From: Okamejei kenojei
Taxonomy: Eukaryota
Assembly: GCA_035221665.1 (NCBI GenBank)
Contig: CM069156.1
Span: 27,218,001 to 27,282,000 of the forward strand
DNA length: 64,000 nt
Direction: 5' to 3'
The number at the start of each line of letters is the position of its first letter. Positions within the stretch are counted from its first letter, which is position 1. Shown here piece by piece: positions 60,000 through 64,000 of the stretch. The notes under the pieces are model-generated. The model did no database searches. It saw only the letters and a program-made list of their open reading frames with translations, and had not been told where the DNA came from. The translations under genes were made by a program, and so were the position numbers.

Positions 60000-62050
60000 A
60001 ACTTTATCTCACATTAAATCTATGCCCTACATCCTTTGACATTTCCACAGTGGGGAAAAGCTTCTGACTATCTACCCTATCTAAGCTTCTATAATTTTAT
60101 ATTCTTCTATCAGGTCTCTCCTCAAACTCTGGCATTCTAGAGAAATCAATCCAAATTTGGAAATGGCAGGGGAATTAAACCTGCGATACACGGAAGTGGA
60201 CACAAAATTCCTGCCGGAAATACAGGAGAACAAAAGATCTGATGCAAGTCAGGGTACAAAATTAAGTAGCATGTAAAGGTACGATAAAAGTTAATGAGTC
60301 TACAAACTGATAAGTCCCAAGGACCTGATGATCTACATTCCAGAATTTGAAAGAGGTGGATTTAGAGATAGTAGATGCTCTGGTTATCATCTTCCAAAAA
60401 TGTTATGCACACTGCAGTGGTTTCTGCAGATTGGAAAGGAGAAATGTAATGCAACCTTTGAAGCAAGAATGGAGAAATAAAACAGATAACTACGATCTGT
60501 TGGTCTGGCATTTAGTAGTCGGGAGAACACGGGAATCTGTAATAAAGGATGTGATATTAAGAAGTTTAGAAAATCATGGTCATAGAGTTATACAGCATGG
60601 AAATGGAAGCTTCAGCCCAACTCATCCATTGGGACTCGGTGCCCATGTAAGATAGCTCCTTGATAATATGATTAAGCAGAGTCAACCTGTATTTTTAATT
60701 GGTGACACAAGGAACTGCAGATGCTGGAATCTTGATCAAAACACAAAGTGCTAGCGTAATCAGTGGGTCAGGCAGCATCTGGGGAGGGAATAGACAGGCG
60801 ACGTTCCGGGTCGGGACCCTTCTCAAAACATGGGAGTCTCATGGAATTTTAAATGTTTGACTAATATATTGGAGTTTATTGAAGATGTATCTGGCAGAGT
60901 AGATGAAGGAGAACAGGTGGATGGGATAAATGCAGATTCAGCAGTCTTGCATGAGGTCTCATTCATAAATATGGGCTCACCTATACTACACTGCATAGGG
61001 CTGACTACCATCTAGACTCATCTGATGTTCATTATTGTTACTGAATTTATTTTTTATTTGGTAATGACATCATGAGAATCATTGGATATGGAGAGGATGT
61101 TTCCACTAGTGGGAGAGTCTAGGATCAGAGGTTATAGCCTCAGAATTAAAGGATGTTCTTTTAGGAAGGAGATGAGGAGGAATTTCTGTAGTCAGAGGAA
61201 TCTATGGAATTGTTTGCCACAGAAGGATGTGAAGGCAAAGTCAGTGGATATATTTAAATCGTGAAATAAAGTTAAATATAAGACACCTAATTACAGAGTC
61301 GTTACAGCATGAAAAGATGCCTGTCAGCCATTGACCAAGTCAATCTAAGAGCAATATAGCTAGCCCCATTCCATCTACCTCACTCTCATCCCTTCAAATT
61401 ATTTCCTTTCGAACACTTACCTATCTCCCTCTTAAATACCAAAATTGAATCTTAATTTATCACTACTGCTGCCGAGCATTACAGGTGATAGCAATGCACT
61501 GTATATAAGAAACCGTCATGTCAGTTATAGCTCTTTTGCCAGTTTCTTACGTAGAAACATAGAAAATAGGTGCAGGAATAGGCCATTGGGCCCTTCGAGC
61601 CAGCACCGCTATTCAATATGATCATGGCTGCTCATCCAAAATCAGTACCCCATTCTTGCTTTTCCCGCATATCCGTTGATTCCTTTAGCCCTTAGAGCCC
61701 TTAACTCTCTCTTGAAAACATCCAGTGAATTGACCTCCACTGCTTCTGTGGCAGAGAATTCCACAGATTCACAACTCTCTGGGTGATCTATGTCCCTCAT
61801 TTTGGACCAGTCTGCTTAGGTGCAGAAACTTTGGCTGCATCCTTCATGAGTTTAAATATTAGATCACTTCACAGCCTCTTCTAGTCCAAGGAGAACAGGC
61901 TCCTTTTCTGCAGTCTATCTATAGAACAAAGCTCCCTCAATCCTGGAATTATTTTACTCAATCTCTTCTGCACCTTCTCCAAAGCCCCATTTATTTCCCT
62001 AATGTGTGGCAACCAGAACTAAGCACTGCACTTAGTTGTGGCCAAACCAG
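60000..62050. mobile_element. Cluster of CR1-type fragments on both strands, including a young minus-strand tail at ~61553-61785 and a Penelope end at ~60705-60825
   Basis: KSQGPDDLHSRILKEV..EIVDALVIIFQ and DMERMFPLVGESRIRGYSLRIKG..FRKEMRRNF on the plus strand. tagaaacatagaaaataggtgcagg is a reverse tail. Confidence 0.8.
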
Positions 62051-63360
62051 TGTTTATAATCTTCATTGTGATGTTCTTGCTCTTATTCTCTTTATCTCTG
62101 GTAATAAATTCCACGATCACATACAACAATTTTCTCAACCTGCTCCCTAATTTTCCACAGATACAAAACGCTGGAGTACCTCAGTGGGTCAGGCAGCACC
62201 TTTGGAGAAAAGAAACACGTGACATTTCAGGTCGAAACCCTTCAGACTGCCTGATCCAGCTGAGTTACTCCAGCATTTTGTATCTATTTTTCGCTATAAA
62301 CCAGCATCTGCAGTTCCTTCCTACACATACTCTCATTTTCCATGAACAATGCACGTTCTCCTCGACTTCTCTGTTCGTGTATCCCTTTAAAAGTTCCCCA
62401 CCAGTTTATATTCCATCCTAGTCCTTTTACCAGAATGTAACGTATCCTGCCCATTCAACCAGCCCGTCCACATTTCCTTGAAGTCTATTGCTATCCAATG
62501 TCACAGGTCCCTAGGTTTTGAGAGTCATCGACCCATACAGCACAGAAACAGGCCCTTCAGACAATTCACTGCACTGACTATGAAGCACCTATTTATACTA
62601 ATACTGCATCAATCCCATTTCATTCTTCCCACATTCCTATCAGTTTTCCTATTCCCCTTGAGGAAACTTGCTATGTCCAAATTGCCGCCAGATTTGTTTT
62701 TTATTACGACAGGAACTGTATTTGAAAAGTAACTTGCTGACTGACTTGCCGTTGGAAGTAGACAGAGTGTGCTGTTGTAACTCAGTGGGTCAGGCAACAT
62801 CTCTGGAGAAAAAGGATGGGTGCCATTCATGGTTGGAGCCCTTCTTCAGATTGCAAGTCCCCAGATCATCAAAATAGGAACTTCTTCTGTTTATTTTCCC
62901 TGTTGGCTCTTATTTGGTGGAGAGAAACATTCTGTCAGCAAATCTCAGTATTTTCTGTTAAAATAAAAGTCAATTGGATAAAAAGGTCTGCAAATCCACA
63001 CTGAATTGTGATCCTCCCACCATTGTATATGTGAGCCTATAGTGACAGAACTGCTGCTTTGGCCACATTTAGGGTCCGGGCACTCTGATACTGAAAAGGC
63101 AAACATTCTTGGGCTTACTTGTAATAAATGTAACGACTATCTCTTGTCCTGGGTGGCGGTTGCTGTATTTCTTGGCACACTTGAGTTCTCTTCACTGACA
63201 GCAGTAATTGTGGGAAGTTGGAAGGTTAGTAACAGCAAAAATTCAACTTCTGCTGCATTCAAATAGACATCTGGGATTTCATTGGCAGTATGCTGTCACA
63301 TAAAGTTATAAATATATCAGTTGCTTGTGAATGGAGCAATATTTGAGGCAATTCAGGACA

Positions 63361-63492
63361 TCTGAAGAAGGTTATCGACCCGAAATTTTAGCCATTCCTT
63401 CTCTCCAGAGATGCTGCCTGTTCCAGGAGTTACTCCCACATTTTGGGTCTATCTTTGGTTTAAACCAGCATCTGCAGTTCCTTCCTACACAT
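63361..63492 (+). mobile_element. Penelope-like 3' end
   Basis: tctgaagaaggttatcgacccgaaa...ccagcatctgcagttccttcctacac. Confidence 0.8.
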
Positions 63493-64000
63493 CAGGACAT
63501 TCATCTCTGGTTTAAGGGCATGCTTCATCAAGGGACCCCACAATTTTTGCCAAGATTCTGCTGTTGCCCCACCATAAAATTAGTCGGTATCTTTGATTAG
63601 CCGCAACCATTCCAATACCATCCTAGCTGGCCTTACAGCTCACCATGGACAAGCTCATCAAAGCACAATTGCCTGTATCTTAACTTGCACCAAATCCCAT
63701 TCACCCCCTCACCTCACTGAGTTAACTTGACTTCTGGTCAGGAAATGCCACGATCTTCAATAGCTCATATCTACTTTCAAATCCTCCCTGCCCTCACCAC
63801 ACCCTAACTGAGTAATCCCCATCTCTACAACCATCCAAGAACTCTGTTCTCCTCCAGTTTTAGCATCCCCTGTTCCGCCAACATCATTAGAGTGCCCATT
63901 CATTAGAAATTGGGGACACATGCTATGCAAACAAATAATGTGACAGAGGTATGTTTAAACTAGTCTTTAACATTTCCAACCTGGGAAAAGGTTCTGACTG

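Overview
Eukaryotic, repeat-rich vertebrate DNA. The repeat complement (HE1-type V-SINEs, CR1/HER1-type LINE 3' ends, Penelope-type 3' ends) points to a cartilaginous fish, most likely a skate or ray. The window lies almost entirely within introns of a + strand gene. Its only recognisable host exon is 168 nt (42537-42704, AG/GT flanked) and encodes [56 protein letters not shown], which I recognise from memory as the penultimate coding exon of BCAS3, the gene next to TBX2/TBX4. The main mobile elements are: (i) a structurally complete but ORF-damaged DIRS1-type tyrosine-recombinase retrotransposon (9987-14771, minus strand) with gag, RT/RNaseH/MT, YR, short ITRs, an internal complementary region (ICR) and a readable AAAT crossover core; (ii) a 5'-truncated Rex1/Babar LINE; (iii) a complete PIF/Harbinger-type MITE with a TAA TSD; (iv) many Penelope-derived 3' ends carrying a minimal hammerhead-ribozyme-like motif, often as fold-back pairs; (v) relics resembling LF-SINE and Deu-domain SINEs. 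Several AT-rich stretches with no recognisable repeats are candidate conserved enhancers. Almost all short ORFs in the track are spurious. Family assignments come from remembered consensus motifs, not database searches, and coordinates of degenerate repeats are approximate.
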